Source of the DNA: Camelus dromedarius
Lineage: Eukaryota
Length of the DNA: 64,000 nucleotides
Direction: 5' to 3'
Assembly: GCF_036321535.1 (NCBI RefSeq)
Contig: NC_087437.1
Span: forward strand, 122,452,001 to 122,516,000
Notes under the pieces: model-generated
What the model saw: only the letters and a program-made list of their open reading frames with translations
Database searches by the model: none
What the model was told of the DNA's origin: nothing
In this document: positions 12,040 to 24,802 of the stretch, piece after piece
Layout of the letters: every line of letters begins with the position of its first letter
Position numbering within the stretch: position 1 is the first letter of the stretch
Program-made: the position numbers and the translations under genes

Positions 12040-13560
12040 GGTTCTCTTTGGGGAGTACCATCCCCTTAACAACGTTAGGTCTTCTTGTCCGCGAAGTTGG
12101 AAGTTCTCTCCGTTTATTTAGGTTTTCTTTAATTTCTTTCAAAGATGTTTTGGTCCTTTCAGGTGATAAGCTTTGTATTTCTTTTGTTAAATTTATTCAT
12201 AAATATTACTTTTTGATGCTGTTACATATTTAGTTGATTTTGCTTTCACTTTCAGATAGTTGTTTGCTAGCGTGTAACAAATACAGGTGGTTTTTATACC
12301 TTCATCTTGCGTCCTGCAGCCTTGCTGAACTGGTTTGTTAGTTCTGGTTTTTTTAATGGGTTCTTTGGAATTTTTCATGTCAAAGAGTACGTTATTTGCG
12401 AATAGACAGTTTCACTTGCTCCTTTCCAACCAGGGTTCCCTTCTCTCGTCGCCTTGCCGACGCCTGGCTGGGACGCCCGGTGCACCATGAGCCAGGCTGA
12501 GGGCAGCGTCCAGCCCGATTCCTGAAATTAGGGAGCAGCCGGTCTGCTGGCGCCGAGTTTGATGGCAGCTGTGGGACTGTGGACACCTTCAGCAGGGGAA
12601 TGCCCGTCTGTTCTGGTTTATGCGGTCTTTCCTATCTTTATTTCCAATCATGAGAGGGCACTGGATTTGGTTTTTCAGTTTTTCTTGAGATCTGTGGTTT
12701 TGTCCTGTTGCTACGATACCTGGTGCTGCTCTCACATGTCGAGACATCCTTGCCTTCTCGGGAGGCTCCCACTTGAGTTTGGTGTAGGTTCTTTTCTCCC
12801 GGTGTTGGATTCAGTTTGCTGGTATTTTATTAAGGATTTTATTGTATTTTGCATTTATATGTGGAAGGGGTATTGTTCTATAGTCTTTTGTGATGCTTTG
12901 GGGTTTTTTTGGCTTTGGTTTTGGCTCTTTTGTTGTTGTTGTTGTTAGGATGATTTTGACCTTGCAGGATGGGCTTGGAAATGTTCCCTCCTTTATTTTT
13001 TGGGTGGGCCTTAATTTTAAACATATTTTATGTCAATAGAAGCCTTTATTTCTAAGGGAAGTATATCTTCTGTCTTCTCATGAATTGACATTTTGCTCTC
13101 TTTAAAAATATTATTTTAAAACTTCAAAAAACACACCTTTATTATTTCTGTGTTTTGTGAAATTATAAAAAGCTTTTAATACGCACAATGAAAACCAATG
13201 GCCCAGTCTTTTTAATGGCTAGCCTGCCGTGAAATGGTTGAGAAATGAATATTCATTATTATTCATACACACCACCAAGTTCACCGGTGTAAACTGCACA
13301 ATTCAGTGGCTTTTGCTGTATTCAAAGCGTTGAGCAGCCGTCACTATGATCAGTTTCAGAACATGCTCGTCCCCCAGATGGAGCCCTGCACCTGTGCGGC
13401 CCTCCTAGCCCCTGGCACCACCCGCCTACTTCCCGCCCCTGTGGGTCTGCTCTTCTGGATGTTTCTCATCACTGGGCCCCTACGGGGGGCGGGGGGCTTC
13501 TGTTTCTGGCTTATGTCGTGGTGTTTTCAGGGTTCACTCACCTTGGGGCGCATTGGCGAC
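12040..13560 (-). mobile_element. Degraded antisense L1M fragments (ORF2 and 3' end)
   Basis: Minus-strand remnant MKNSKEPIKKTRTNKPVQQGCRTQ resembles L1 ORF2; L1-3'-end-like sequence ~13250-13550. Confidence 0.6.
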
Positions 13561-14295
13561 CGTCTGTGATTTATGTGCTGTTAAGCAGCCCTCAGAGGAG
13601 CTGGAGAGCTTGGGTGTGGAGGAGTCTTTGTGGGGGCAGAGCGTGGCCGGGAGGTGTCCCCAGTGTTACAGGACGGAGGGGGAGGAGGCGGGCGGGCCTG
13701 GCCCCCAGGGCCCCCAGGGCGTGTTCCGGGTTTTGGGTGTGGGAAGAGGGCTTTATAGTTTTCACGAGCGTCCCAGAGGGTGCCCCAAACCACATGTAGA
13801 GTCTTCTGCCAAACCGTTTTATTCAATTTTAGGGGGTTTTTTTGGCTTTTGTTTTTGTAAAACTATGTGATAACATAGTTGCTTGAAAAAATTAATACAA
13901 AGTGTCTTCTAAGTGAAACCAGTAACTGTCCTTCACGATGCACCTCAGGGTGTGTCTTTAAGCGACATGGTCCTTTCGGTGCATTTCCGCTGTGGATGGT
14001 TAACTTGATCTGGACTGTTGGGGTCTTTCTCTGGCCACAGAGGCCAGGCCTCTCAGAGTTATGTAAGGCCAGTTTCATCTTTTCTAATGGAAATAAGCTG
14101 TCGGTCCCTCGGTTTGTTACTTTGCTCATCTGGAAAATGGATAAGTGAGGGTCCCAGTTTCTCCACGGGGCTCAAGCACTGACTGGGACGATGCGGGAAA
14201 GGGCAGGTCTGAGCTGCACATGTGGCGGCTGGAGGAGCTTGGCTGGAAGCCGGCAGGGTCTGCCTGCTGGCCTGTAGCGGGCTCCCTGCCCAGCC

Positions 14296-14872
14296 TGCCC
14301 TGTCCTGTCCTGCCCTGTCCTGCTCGGTCCTGTCCTGCCCTACCCTGCCCTGTCCTGTCTTGTCCTGCCCTGTCCTGCCCTGTACTGCCCTGTCCTGCCT
14401 TGTCCTGCCCTGCCCAGTCGTGTCCTGTCCTGTCCTGCCTTGTCCTGTCCTGTCCTGTCCTGTCCTGTCCTGTCCTGCCTGGTCCTGTCCTGCCTTGTCC
14501 TGCCCTGTCCTGTCCTGCCCTGTCCTGCCTGGTCCTGTCCTGTCTTGTCCTGTCCTGCCCGGTCCTGCCCTCCTGTCCTGCCCAGTCGTGTCCTATCCTG
14601 TCCTGCCTTGTCCTGCCCTGCCCAGTTGTGTCCTTTCCTGCCGTGCCCTGCCCTGCCCTGTCCTGCCTTGTCCTGCCCTGCCCAGTCGTGTCCTGTCCTG
14701 TCCTGCCCTGTCCTGTCTTGTCCTGCCCTGCCCAGTCGTGTCCTGTGCTGTCCTGCCTGGTCCTGCCCTGTCCTGTCCTGCCCTGTCCTGCCCTGTCCTG
14801 CCTTGTCCTGCCTGGTCCTGTCCTGCCTTGTCCTGCTCTGTCCTGCCCTGTCCTGTCCTGCTCAGTCCTGCC
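14296..14872. repeat. Long degenerate (CCTGT/CCTGC)n pentanucleotide array, ~575 bp
   Basis: Continuous 5-bp periodicity; gives SCPVL-type and GQDRT-type pseudo-ORFs. Confidence 0.97.
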
Positions 14873-15462
14873 CATCGTCTCCATCCCACCCCAGCCCTCC
14901 TCCCCTGTGAGTGGCCCCAATGCTCTCCATGCCTCAGCTGTCTTCAGCATACTTCTCAGTCCATGGACTGGTTTCTTTGGGTGATCTGCCATCTGCCCCA
15001 CAGAGACTCGGGTCCTGGATGTGGGGCAGGGAGCGGTGCCTGGCTGGCGGGCTCTCCAGCACCTCCACAGTGGAGGGATCTCACGAGGGAGTTGTTTCCA
15101 CCTGGTGAGGTTGGGCTTGGAGGCCAGAGGGCCTCCCAGGACTTGGGCTGCACGGTGCTGGGTGTGTGCGTTCACATGCGCAGCGCACTGTGTTGCGGGA
15201 ATGTGTTGAGATGGAGGGACCAGAACTCGGGCTGTGAATCGTCCTCACGTTTGTGTCCTCGTCCCAGGTCCCTCCTCTGTCCCCTGGTGCTCACCTTGGG
15301 CCTGGCAAAAGCTTAATGGTTCTCAGAAAGGAAGGGGACCCTGCAGTGTGGCTCCACCATCTGAGGGGTCGCACCGGCCGAGAGCATGTCGAGGGGGTGT
15401 GTCGAGGTCTCTGCCCCAGGATATGTGGGTGATGTCTCTTCGGTTTTCTCGGTCACCCTCAG

Positions 15463-15698
15463 CGGGAATTGGAGCTGCAGCACCAGCGAGACGAGCACAA
15501 GATCCAGCAGCTGCAGCGGACACTGAGGGAGCAGCAGGCAGGGGCGCGGCCCTGCCCCACGGAGGCGGCGGGGATGGCCGAGACTGAGGCGGAGGCCGAG
15601 CGCCTGCGGGAGCAGCAGCTGGGCCTGGAGAAGGTGCGGCAGCAGCTGCTCTGCGCGGCTGGGCTCCTGACCAGCTTCATCAACCAGATGGTGGACAG
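15463..15698 (+). CDS. PCNT: Pericentrin exon (236 nt, phase 0-2)
   Basis: ccctcag|CGG...AG|gtgggc; RELELQHQRDEHKIQQLQRTLRE...LEKVRQQLLCAAGLLTSFINQMVD. Confidence 0.94.
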
Positions 15699-16425
15699 GT
15701 GGGCCTCCCGGGACCATGATGGCGGGTCAGCGCCGCTGATGTCAGGAAGAAGCCCGGCTTCGGGGCGTGTCTTTGATTTCAGATCCGTGTTTCCGTAAAA
15801 TGGACTCCATTCTCTGCCCGCGTGTGAGGGTGAACTCGGGGAAGATGCTGATGAAACTGTGTCTCTTGCATTCTAGTGTAACAGGAAACACAGGTTCCTT
15901 TCAGAGCAGTTCTCCCCTGCCCTTTACCACTGCTCACCGCCCAGAGGGTCCAGTCCAAGGCCAGCCCCACCCCTCTGCCCAAGCCACTAGGTTGAGGTGG
16001 CGCCCGTGTCTGCGCCCCAGGGGGACGCGTCTGCCTGGGTGAGGAGCCGAGACCCTGCCGTTTGGCATGGACAGAAATTACTCACGATAGCATTCGTTCT
16101 GTGTGCCCTTTTCTGGGCACACGGACACTCAGCTAGCACGGCTCTCCAGTCTGCACTGGGTTTGGTTAATGAAGCAGTGAAGCCTCGCCTTGGGCGGCAT
16201 TTTGGTAACAGACGCAGAGTCATGCAGAGAGCTGTGGTGGTGGTGGGGGGGCACACTGAGGAAGCCCTGGGGTCGGCGGTCAGCCTCTGGAGGTTTCTGG
16301 GCTCACCAGACTGCCTACCCCGGGACCACCTGCCCCTCGGTGCCGCCATCACTTGGAGGGCCTGCTGGGTGCCCGCCTGTTGGCTGGACCCGTGTGCCCC
16401 TCGTGAGTGTCATGTGCTTCCCCAG

Positions 16426-16528
16426 GACCATCAGTGACTGGACGTCGTCGAACGAGAAGGCGGTGGCGTCTTTGCTGCACACGCTGGAGACACTGAAGTC
16501 TGAACTGGGTGCATCCAGCTCCTGCCGG
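16426..16528 (+). CDS. PCNT: Pericentrin exon (103 nt, phase 2-0)
   Basis: ttccccag|G...CGG|gtgagt; TISDWTSSNEKAVASLLHTLETLKSEL. Confidence 0.94.
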
Positions 16529-17239
16529 GTGAGTCCAGTTTTCTTGTTCATTGTCGCCCACCTGCTTGCCTGCCCGCCTTGGAGCCTGCCTCTTCTGTGG
16601 TTTGCCTCCGGGGGGGCCACTCAGTGCACTGTCGAGACCCTGGGCTGGAAACCAGCTGCCCGTCTGCTGCGTCCGGAGGGCTTTGGGTCTTGGCTACTGC
16701 TGTGAGTGCCCGATAAGCAGCGGGCAGTGGGGCGTGGAGCCCGCTCTCCCTCTGACCCACCTGCGTGCACAGAGCACCCTCAGATGGCCTGGTGCGTCTT
16801 GCCCTCCTGTCTGGTGGGTTCCAGTGCCTCCTCAGTGTCCCACGCCTGCCGGGGGCTGACCAGAGGGAATGGGCCTGTCCCGGGGGACCCTCGGGGAGGG
16901 ACACGCTCTTGCCGGCCACCTGTCACATACAGCCTCTGCCAGCAGTGCTTTTGGAACAAAGAAAGAGGGCCGTTTTGTAACAGGCGTACTTTGTTCACGC
17001 GGCCCAGTTTTGTGCAGAGTTTATTTCATAGAGGATTGAGAAGAAATGTGGTTTGGTGGTTTGATGGTTTTTATTATTTCACGTCCCCTAGGTGGACTCT
17101 GCCTAGCCCCACAAGCTCCCACCAAGCCCAAACATGTTTAAAATTATAATCCCTGAAAATAGCCAACAGTAAAAGCCATGAATAACGTGCGTGCCTTTTA
17201 AAAGAGAATCCTCATACATGGAGTTTTTTTCTCCTTAAG

Positions 17240-17398
17240 AAGAAAACAGCGGCAGAGCTGCAGGTCCAGCTGGTGGACGTCCTGCTGAAGGACAATGAGT
17301 CCCTGACCAGAGCTCTCAGCGCGGTGACCCGGGAGAAGGCAGAGCTGCACCGGGCACTGTCCCAGCTGGAGAGGCCCCCCCGGGGCTGTGCGCGCAAG
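17240..17398 (+). CDS. PCNT: Pericentrin exon (159 nt, phase 0-0)
   Basis: ctccttaag|AAG...AAG|gtacgg; KKTAAELQVQLVDVLLKDNESLTRALSAVTREKAELHRALSQLE. Confidence 0.88.
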
Positions 17399-18079
17399 GT
17401 ACGGGTGCCGGGCCCGCTGGCCGCGGCCGGGTTTTATGCTGTGTTCGGACTCTCATGAGTGACCCTTGCCCTGAGACAGTGCTCGATACTTGCTCATGAG
17501 AGGAAACTTTGACTAGGAATTGAATAAGCTGATGAAATGAGAGTTTTGTTTGACCTTCACCTAATGAAAACAATTACAATTTTCCTGGTTGTGTATTTTG
17601 ATAGACATTTTCTCTGGAATGTCTCAATTTTTCTATTTATATTCAGCCTTTTTGTTTGTGAATTGCTCTTTTTTTTTTTTAATGAAATCTTTTAAAACTT
17701 GTTTTTAAATTTACATCCAGTTAAACCTGCCTCTTGCTGGCACGATGGTGTTTGAGCTTTGCTCACCGTGAAGCCACCATGCTGGCAGAGCATGCGAGGC
17801 GGTCCCGCCCGGCCCCCAGCCTCCGGCTCCCGGCGCCCCCATGCTCTGCTGCCGGTTTTCCTGAACGTCTGTGAGTGGGACCACAGGGCTGGGGCCTAGG
17901 GGCCTCTTCACTTCTCTGTAAAGCATTTGAGGTCCATGGGGGGCCGTGGGCCACGGCTCAGACCTGTTCTTTGTCACATGGCTCCACCTGGCACGGATGC
18001 ACCCAGCTTACGAGGGGCCCTCTGTAAACATCTGTGTAGGCGCACTGCTGTGTGGACGGAGGGTTCTTTTCTCTGGGTA

Positions 18080-20430
18080 AAGGCCCAGCAGTGGGCTCCC
18101 TGGGTCTGGCGGCAACTTGTGTGAACTTCCCGCCTTTGACACTACTGGTGATTTCCAGAATGGCGGCACCGGTTTGATGAGTGTTCTGGCTACTCCACAC
18201 CTTTGTGTTGGTGGCGTTTCCCCTTGTTACGTCAGCATTCCGATAGGTGTGAAGTAGCTTCTTACGTCTTCCTTGGTGAAGTGCCCATTGACGTCTCCTG
18301 CCTTTCCTTACGTTGGATCATTTGTGTTCTCATTGCTGAGTTTGGGAGCTCCTTAAATAGCCTGGGCGTGACTCCCTCCTCAGACCTGCAGATGCTTCTT
18401 TCCGGGTCTGCGCTGTCCTGTCTGTGCAGGACCCTTTGCAAAACAGAAGGTTTTAATTTTGATGGTGTCGTACGTATCAGCTTGTTCTTGGCTCGTGCCT
18501 GGAGTTTTACAGTTTTACTTTTTACTTTACGATCTGCGTTGGGTTAGTTTTTGTAGTGGCCTGAGGGGTGGGTTGAGGCCCGTTTTCATGCACTTTGGTC
18601 TCCAGTTACTCCTACATGCTTCATCGACCAGATGGTCCTCCCCTCCTGAACTGTCTCTACCTGCGTCAGAAGTCACCGGTTGGTGCACGTGTCTGTGTCT
18701 GGATCCTCTGTTCTGTTGCACTGATCCGTACGTCTGTCCTCCACCAGCTGCCTGATTGACATAGATTTATGGACATGTTGGGGTCCAGCAGAGCTCTGGT
18801 TTTTTCTTCTTTTTCAAATTGTTTGGCTTGGCTATTGTAGTCTGTCTGTACTTCAGCATGAATTTTAGGATCTTGCTGGTTACTCTGGGATTGCATTAAG
18901 TCTGTAGATCGATGTGGGGAGGACTGGGAAGGAGAAGTGGTGTGGCCACGATGGACAACAGTCTGGCAGGTCCACAGAGTTGTGGGGCTGCTGTCTCACC
19001 CCAGCCCCAACTCTGGTGTTTACTCACAAGTGAAAATACATGTGTGTCCACGTAAGACCTTGCTCATAAGCTTTCCTGTCACCGTGAGTCCTCATTCAAA
19101 TGTGGGGATAACCCAAATGTCCATTAACTGAGGAGTGTATGGTAAAATACAGTATATCCATGAATGTTACTTGGCAATAAAAAGCAGTTAAGGACTGATG
19201 GATGTACAGGGTGGATGAGCCTTGGAAACGTGACAACAGTGAAGGGAGCCGGACCCCATCGACAGGAAGCGTCCAGAACAAGCAAGTCCAGACCCAGGGC
19301 CCAGGTCAGCGGCTGGCGGGAGGGGTCAGGAGTCACTGCTGGGGTGCAGCACTTTGGGTGTTGAAATTGGGTAATGGTGCTGGTTGCACAACCTGTGAAC
19401 AGACTGAAAATGAGTTCAGTTTCACACTTTAAGAGGATAAATTATATGGTGTGAATTATATCTCAGTAATGCTGTTATTAAAAATTGGGGCAGGAATTGA
19501 CGTCTGTAACTGTATCTAAGCTTAACTACTTGCGCCTTCTTATCCATGTGCTTGGTGTGTCGCTCCATGTAGTTGGATCTTTTAAAATTCCTTTCTTAAA
19601 TGTGTTGTAGCTATTAGCCTGCAGATCCTGTAAATGTTTTGTTACATTGTTACACAAGTATTTCACTTTTGGGGGCCGTTGTAAATGGCAGTTTTCAGGT
19701 ATTTGTTTTCCAGTTGTTTGTGGCTCGTGTCGGAGGTGTGACTGCTGCTCATAGGCTGAGCTTGTGTCCTGCAGCCTTGCTAGCCTCATATTTTAGTCCC
19801 CTGAGCCTTTTTGTAGGATTTTCTCCATAGACAGTCTTGTCGTATGCTCTTGAAAGGGGGTTTATGTCCTTCTTTCCAGTCTGCATACCTTTGATTTCTT
19901 TTTCATGCTGGTTGCACTGGCTGGGCCTCCCCAGGCTGGAGGGGGACATGCAGCTCCCATCCCGGGTGGAGCCTCCGTCTTCACCAAGGCGGATGCCCTT
20001 GGATCAGTTTGAAGACGCTCCTTCTGTTCCTGGTTTGCTGAGACTTTTTGTCATGATGGACATTGACATTTGTCAGGCTTTTTCTGCATCTGTCGACGTG
20101 ATGATGAGGTGTTTCCTGTGGTGGGTCACGTGGAGTTTCTCGTGGCCCCAGGAAGAACCTGACTGGGTCATGATGTATTACTCTTTTTAGGTACTGCTGC
20201 GTTCGATTTGCTTACGTTCTGTCGAGGGTTTCTGTGTCTGGCTCTGTGAGGGGTGTTAGCCTGGAGGGCTTCTTCTCGTTGTCTCTGCCTGGCTTTGGCC
20301 TTCTGAAGTGAGCTGGGGCTGTTCCCTCCTTGTCTGTTTTCTGAAGGAGATTATGTAGAGCTGGTATTTGTTTCTTCCTTAAATATTGTTAAAATTCACC
20401 AGCGAGACTGGCTGCACCAGTGTTTTCTCT
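18080..20430. mobile_element. Cluster of old L1M fragments in mixed orientation
   Basis: Minus-strand ORF2-like remnants (EKEIKGMQTGKK.. VYGENPTKRL; KDPTTWSDTPSTWIRR) and a sense L1 3'-end-like block ~18940-19480. Confidence 0.6.
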
Positions 20431-21743
20431 TTCAGAAGGAGTTTCTGGAGCTGTTGGGCAGAGGGTCCCGTAAAGGGCAGCTGAGTCCAGTTGGTCCATG
20501 GGGACGTTTGGGCCTTGTCCCTGCTGGTCTGTCAGGACCGAGAGGATAGAGTTGATGTCCTGGTGCAACTCTGGGTCTGTGTGTCTTTTCGGCTCCACCC
20601 AGTCCCACCTTGTCTGTTGTGAGGCTCTGTGGGAGGTGAAGGGGCTTCTGTGCTGGTGACGCTGGGCCCAGCCACAAGGTAGCGCCAGGGTCTGCTCCCA
20701 GACGGGACGTTTTCATCTTGACGAGAGCCCTGTCTGCGCCTCTGGAAGCTGCTCCGGGAAGTGTTTTGAGGCTCCTTGTTCAGGGCACCCTGTGTGAACT
20801 AACGCGTGGTCGCCCGAACACCCTTGTCCTTCCTGTGAAGTGTGAGGAGGCATGGGGTACGTGCTTGTGATGTGCAGCCCGAAGGCAGGTGGAATGTTTC
20901 CTTCTTTGTGTCCAAGATGACATCTGTGCTGGTGTCTCTTTCCAGAGAAGACCACGCTGTTGTTAGAACCAGGAGAGTGTGGCTGTTTCCCTCTGCCTCA
21001 TCGGGGATCACCTTGCTCTGCACCTCCTTCTTCCTAGTCCTGCCCTGGAGTCGTGGCCAGCACAGCCAGGCTGCCTTGAGGCCACTGACCACATGGCCAC
21101 AGTGACAGGCGGGTCCTGGCCGTCTGTGGTGGGTGGCATCCATGACCCCTCACCGTGGGTCCTTCTCTTTCTGTTGTGTGTCCCCAGGGGTGCTCTGCAC
21201 AGCATGGGGTCCAGGCTGTGCCACTGATGTTGGGACACATGCCTGCTCACGCTGCCCTCTCTGCCCGGTGCCTGGCCCTTGGACGTGTGGCTGCCATGTG
21301 GGGCCCGCCCACGGGGGTCCAGGTGTGCTGCCCTCACTCAGGGGTCCAGGTGTGGGCTTCGATGGCCCTGGAGCAGAGCTGTTTGCATCTGCCAGGGGTC
21401 AGCATTTCTAGGACCAGGGAGCTCTGAGTGTTTAATAGGCTCAAGGCTTTGTATTCAGGGTGACTTCACAAATATTAGGGGTCTTGTTTTTAGTGAAAAT
21501 ACGCTTTCTGTGCAGCCACATTTCAGTTAGTGGTGCGCAGCAGCCCCCTGCGTGTGGGTGGTCTGGCTAGTAACCACGTAGCAGCTGGGACACCACTGAG
21601 GAGAGGCTGGCCGGGGCCAGGGCGGGAGGTGCAGCCGGCGGGGTTTGGCTCCAGGCTGGGGGCACCGCTCCGCTCTGAGCCGCTTCTCTTGAGATGCTGT
21701 CACGGGAGCAGCGGTGTGGACATGCTGTCTGTGGTCATTGCAG

Positions 21744-21839
21744 AGGTCAGACAGGTCTGTGTGGAGGCAGGACAGGACAGTCTCGCCCAGCTCAGCACGA
21801 CCCCCAGACCCAGCTCTGCCCACGCCGGAAGTAGCCAAG
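21744..21839 (+). CDS. PCNT: Pericentrin exon (96 nt, phase 0-0)
   Basis: cattgcag|AGG...AAG|gtgaga; RSDRSVWRQDRTVSPSSARPPDPALPTPEVAK. Confidence 0.82.
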
Positions 21840-22502
21840 GTGAGACCGAGCCTAAGTGTGGTGGGGGGTGTGCAGACTGACCACCCCTCCTCCCACGGTG
21901 TGTCCAGTCCACAGACCTACATGCCCTGTTCACAGCGGGCTGCTCTTGGGGCTGTACGTTCTGTGGGTCTGGGCAAGTGTGCGAGGACCCGTGTCCACCA
22001 CAGTGTCCTGCACATGTTTTCACTGCCCGGCAGTCCCCACGCTCCCGTGGTGCTTCTGAAATCCTGGGTTAAGGGAGAAACCTGTGATGCCTCGAGTCCC
22101 CAGATGATAGTGAGACGGTCTGACCGGCAGCTCACCCTCCGCGTCTCTGACACTGAGGCACGGGCTGTGGGCCTCTCTTGAGGGAATATCTGTGTTAGGA
22201 CACGGACACCCGCCTCGGCCTATAATCCAGGTTTCTGCCGGCTCCCCACGCCCCGACGCCACCCCCAGTTTGGACCTAACTTCATGGTCAGGTTTGCGGG
22301 GCCTTCGCGGGTGAAGGGACGTTGGTCTCTGTGTATTGTCTGGTAAACAGGATCGAGCCTTGAACAGCAGGGCTGTCTGTGGGTGCAGATGTCGTGTGGG
22401 CTGACTCCTGTGATCCCCGAGGAAAAAGCACCCAGCATGAGGGTGCTGTACACGCCAGAAGGTCTTGTTCTGTGCTTAAACTTCACTGTTTTTCCCTTTG
22501 AG

Positions 22503-22735
22503 ATGGAAAAATTGTACCTGCGCTATCTGCGAGCAGAGAGCTTTAGGAAAGCCCTGATCTATCAGAAGAAGTACCTCCTGCTGCTGATCGGCGGGTTCCA
22601 GGACTCTGAGCAAGAGACGCTGTCCATGATCGCTCACTTGGGAGTGTTTCCTTCCAAAGCGGAGAAGGGTGCTGTGGCATCCCGCCCGCTCACGAAGTTC
22701 CGCACGGCCGTCCGGGTGGTGATCGCAGTCCTCAG
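22503..22735 (+). CDS. PCNT: Pericentrin exon encoding PACT domain core (233 nt, phase 0-2)
   Basis: MEKLYLRYLRAESFRKALIYQKKYLLLLIGGFQDSEQETLSMIAHLGVFPSK...KFRTAVRVVIAVL is the diagnostic PACT motif; AG|gtatcg donor. Confidence 0.98.
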
Positions 22736-23829
22736 GTATCGGAGGCACGTGCCCGTCTTCCGCGTTAGGTCGTTGTCGTCTGGGAAATGCTACAGTTGTG
22801 TTCTCCTCTGAGATGGGTGACACTTGAGGCCTTAAAGTCCATGATCCTTGTCTCCGGAAGCCACGTTGTGCAAAATTGCACCTTCTGAAATGGAGAGAGT
22901 TTTTGTGACACAAAGCCTTACCCTTAATGGGGTTCCTTGTGACAACAGGCATGTTGATCAAGTTTAAGCTGCGTTTCCTTTCGGTACACTTCAGTTTCCC
23001 TCATTTTAGTCAATCCTGTGTTACACGGTGGGGCATTGCCAAGAAGACGTGGTCCAGCAGGTGTGTGCTTGGCATGGGCACGGCCCAGCCTCCGCTGCGG
23101 ACACAAAGTGTGTGGGGGACCCTCGCCCCCAAGCCCCCCGATGCAGCCCTGCCCGTCCCCGCCCTTATTTGCACAGGGCGCCATTGTGGAGTGGGGATGG
23201 GACTCCCTGGTGTGATGGGGGATTTTGACTATTTCAGAAGTAACAGTGGTGAAAATCTATTTTATTTTACAATTTTTAAATTGGTTGTTTTTCTAAAACT
23301 GTTCCACTAAGAACCGTGCAGCTGTGTCCACCCTGTGGTCCTCCAGGCCATGCTTGCCTGGCTGTAGGAAGGGGCAGCAGGACTCCCATTGCCTTATCTG
23401 GTCCACCCACCCACCCGTGGGGGTGGGAGCCACGTATACCCTCCCTCCTGGTTCTCCTGGCCTCAGGCCACCACCCACCTGCCTGTCCTTCTGTCTCTCG
23501 CTCCATCCATCCCAAACCTGCCTCCCATCTTCCCACCAGCATGGAGCAGTGGCCTTCCTGGGGCCGTGGGGCTCAGAGGCAGCTGGGCTGAGGGGGAGCC
23601 ACCAGGGAGGGAACGTCGAGGAGAGGGGCCCCCACATGGCACACCTTCTGGCATCAGGAGTGAACAACTGGAGGGCCAGGGTCTCTGTTTCCCCTGCTGT
23701 CCTGAGCCCGGCAGGTGTGTTGGTGACCTGACTGTGCTCCCACACTGGGAGTCGGGTCACGTCCGGATCTGCGTGGCTCTTTTCACTTCTGTTTCGCTCT
23801 GGTTTTCAGTGTCTTTCTTTTCTTGGTAG

Positions 23830-23903
23830 GTTGCGCTTTTTGGTTAAGAAATGGCAACAAGTAGACGGGAGAGGAGCCGTGGTGCCTGGTTGGGCGCGCA
23901 CAG
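23830..23903 (+). CDS. PCNT: Pericentrin exon, end of PACT/calmodulin-binding helix (74 nt, phase 2-1)
   Basis: tcttggtag|G...G|gtacgt; LRFLVKKWQQVDGRGA. Confidence 0.93.
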
Positions 23904-24802
23904 GTACGTCCTCCACCCGCAGCACCTCCTCAATGCCCGTCTGACCTCAGGGCCCGGGGGGATCAGTGACGCACAGTGAGGGATCAGAAAGTCAGCCAGA
24001 GACAGGGCTTTTGAAGGGAAATGGTTTTTATCTTGGGAACGAGCACAAGTTCGTACAGTTCACGCTGGGGAATAAAAGTGGCTCAGAGGAGCGCAATGAG
24101 GATTGAAGGTAGAAATGCTAAATATATTAATAACTTATGTTCTTCAATAAAAAGTCCTTTTTCTCCAAAACTGAGTGAAATGCTGCTTCACCTGTGCACC
24201 TCTCTGTGGGGGCATCGCTGCCTCCTCTGCCTCAGCCCCATCTCGTCTCCTGTTGTCTGCCACCCCGTCACACAGGCCCCCCCCCAGGGGCAGCCTTGCA
24301 CAGAGAACTTCCCACTCAGTGCAGGGCCGCACTCCTGGGCCCTGCCGACCTTCAGGGCTTCCCCACCCGTTCCAGTCAGCTTTGATGTCCATGTATGAGT
24401 CATCACACTTGAAATCACACTGCTTCATAGGCCTTCAGGGGAGTTTGCCTGCCTGCCCCTCGCCCCCCCCTCCCCTCTGGGCACCCGGTGGTCCCCAGGT
24501 TCCGCCCCTCTACTCCTCAAGGCTCCTCCCTCAGGGCACGGGGCGCTCCTCCGGGAACTGCCCACACACCAGGGGTCAGGGCCGGCCTTGTAGGAATGAA
24601 ATGCAGGTGATCAAAACTCAGGTTTCTTGTAGAGGTTTTTAAAATATAACTTTTATAACAGGGACCCTTAACATGTTTTGAACTTGCCATGCACACTCTT
24701 AAAAGCTCATAAATTTAAAATTTTGGTGGGTGGGCCTTCTTACTAAGTGCATCTGGCATCTCTTTTCTCAACCCCTTTCTTGTTAAATAATTCTGGGGGA
24801 AG

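Noticed and set aside
11095..12072. 325-aa and 203-aa minus-strand ORFs
   Set aside because: Antisense shadows of the GC-rich PCNT coiled-coil exon; low complexity, no recognisable domain
14126..15316. Long Cys/Pro-rich (SCPVL) and GQDRT ORFs of 280-364 aa, resembling keratin-associated or metallothionein-like proteins
   Set aside because: They are translations of the pentamer repeat, which has no stop codons; intronic, with no credible start or splice context
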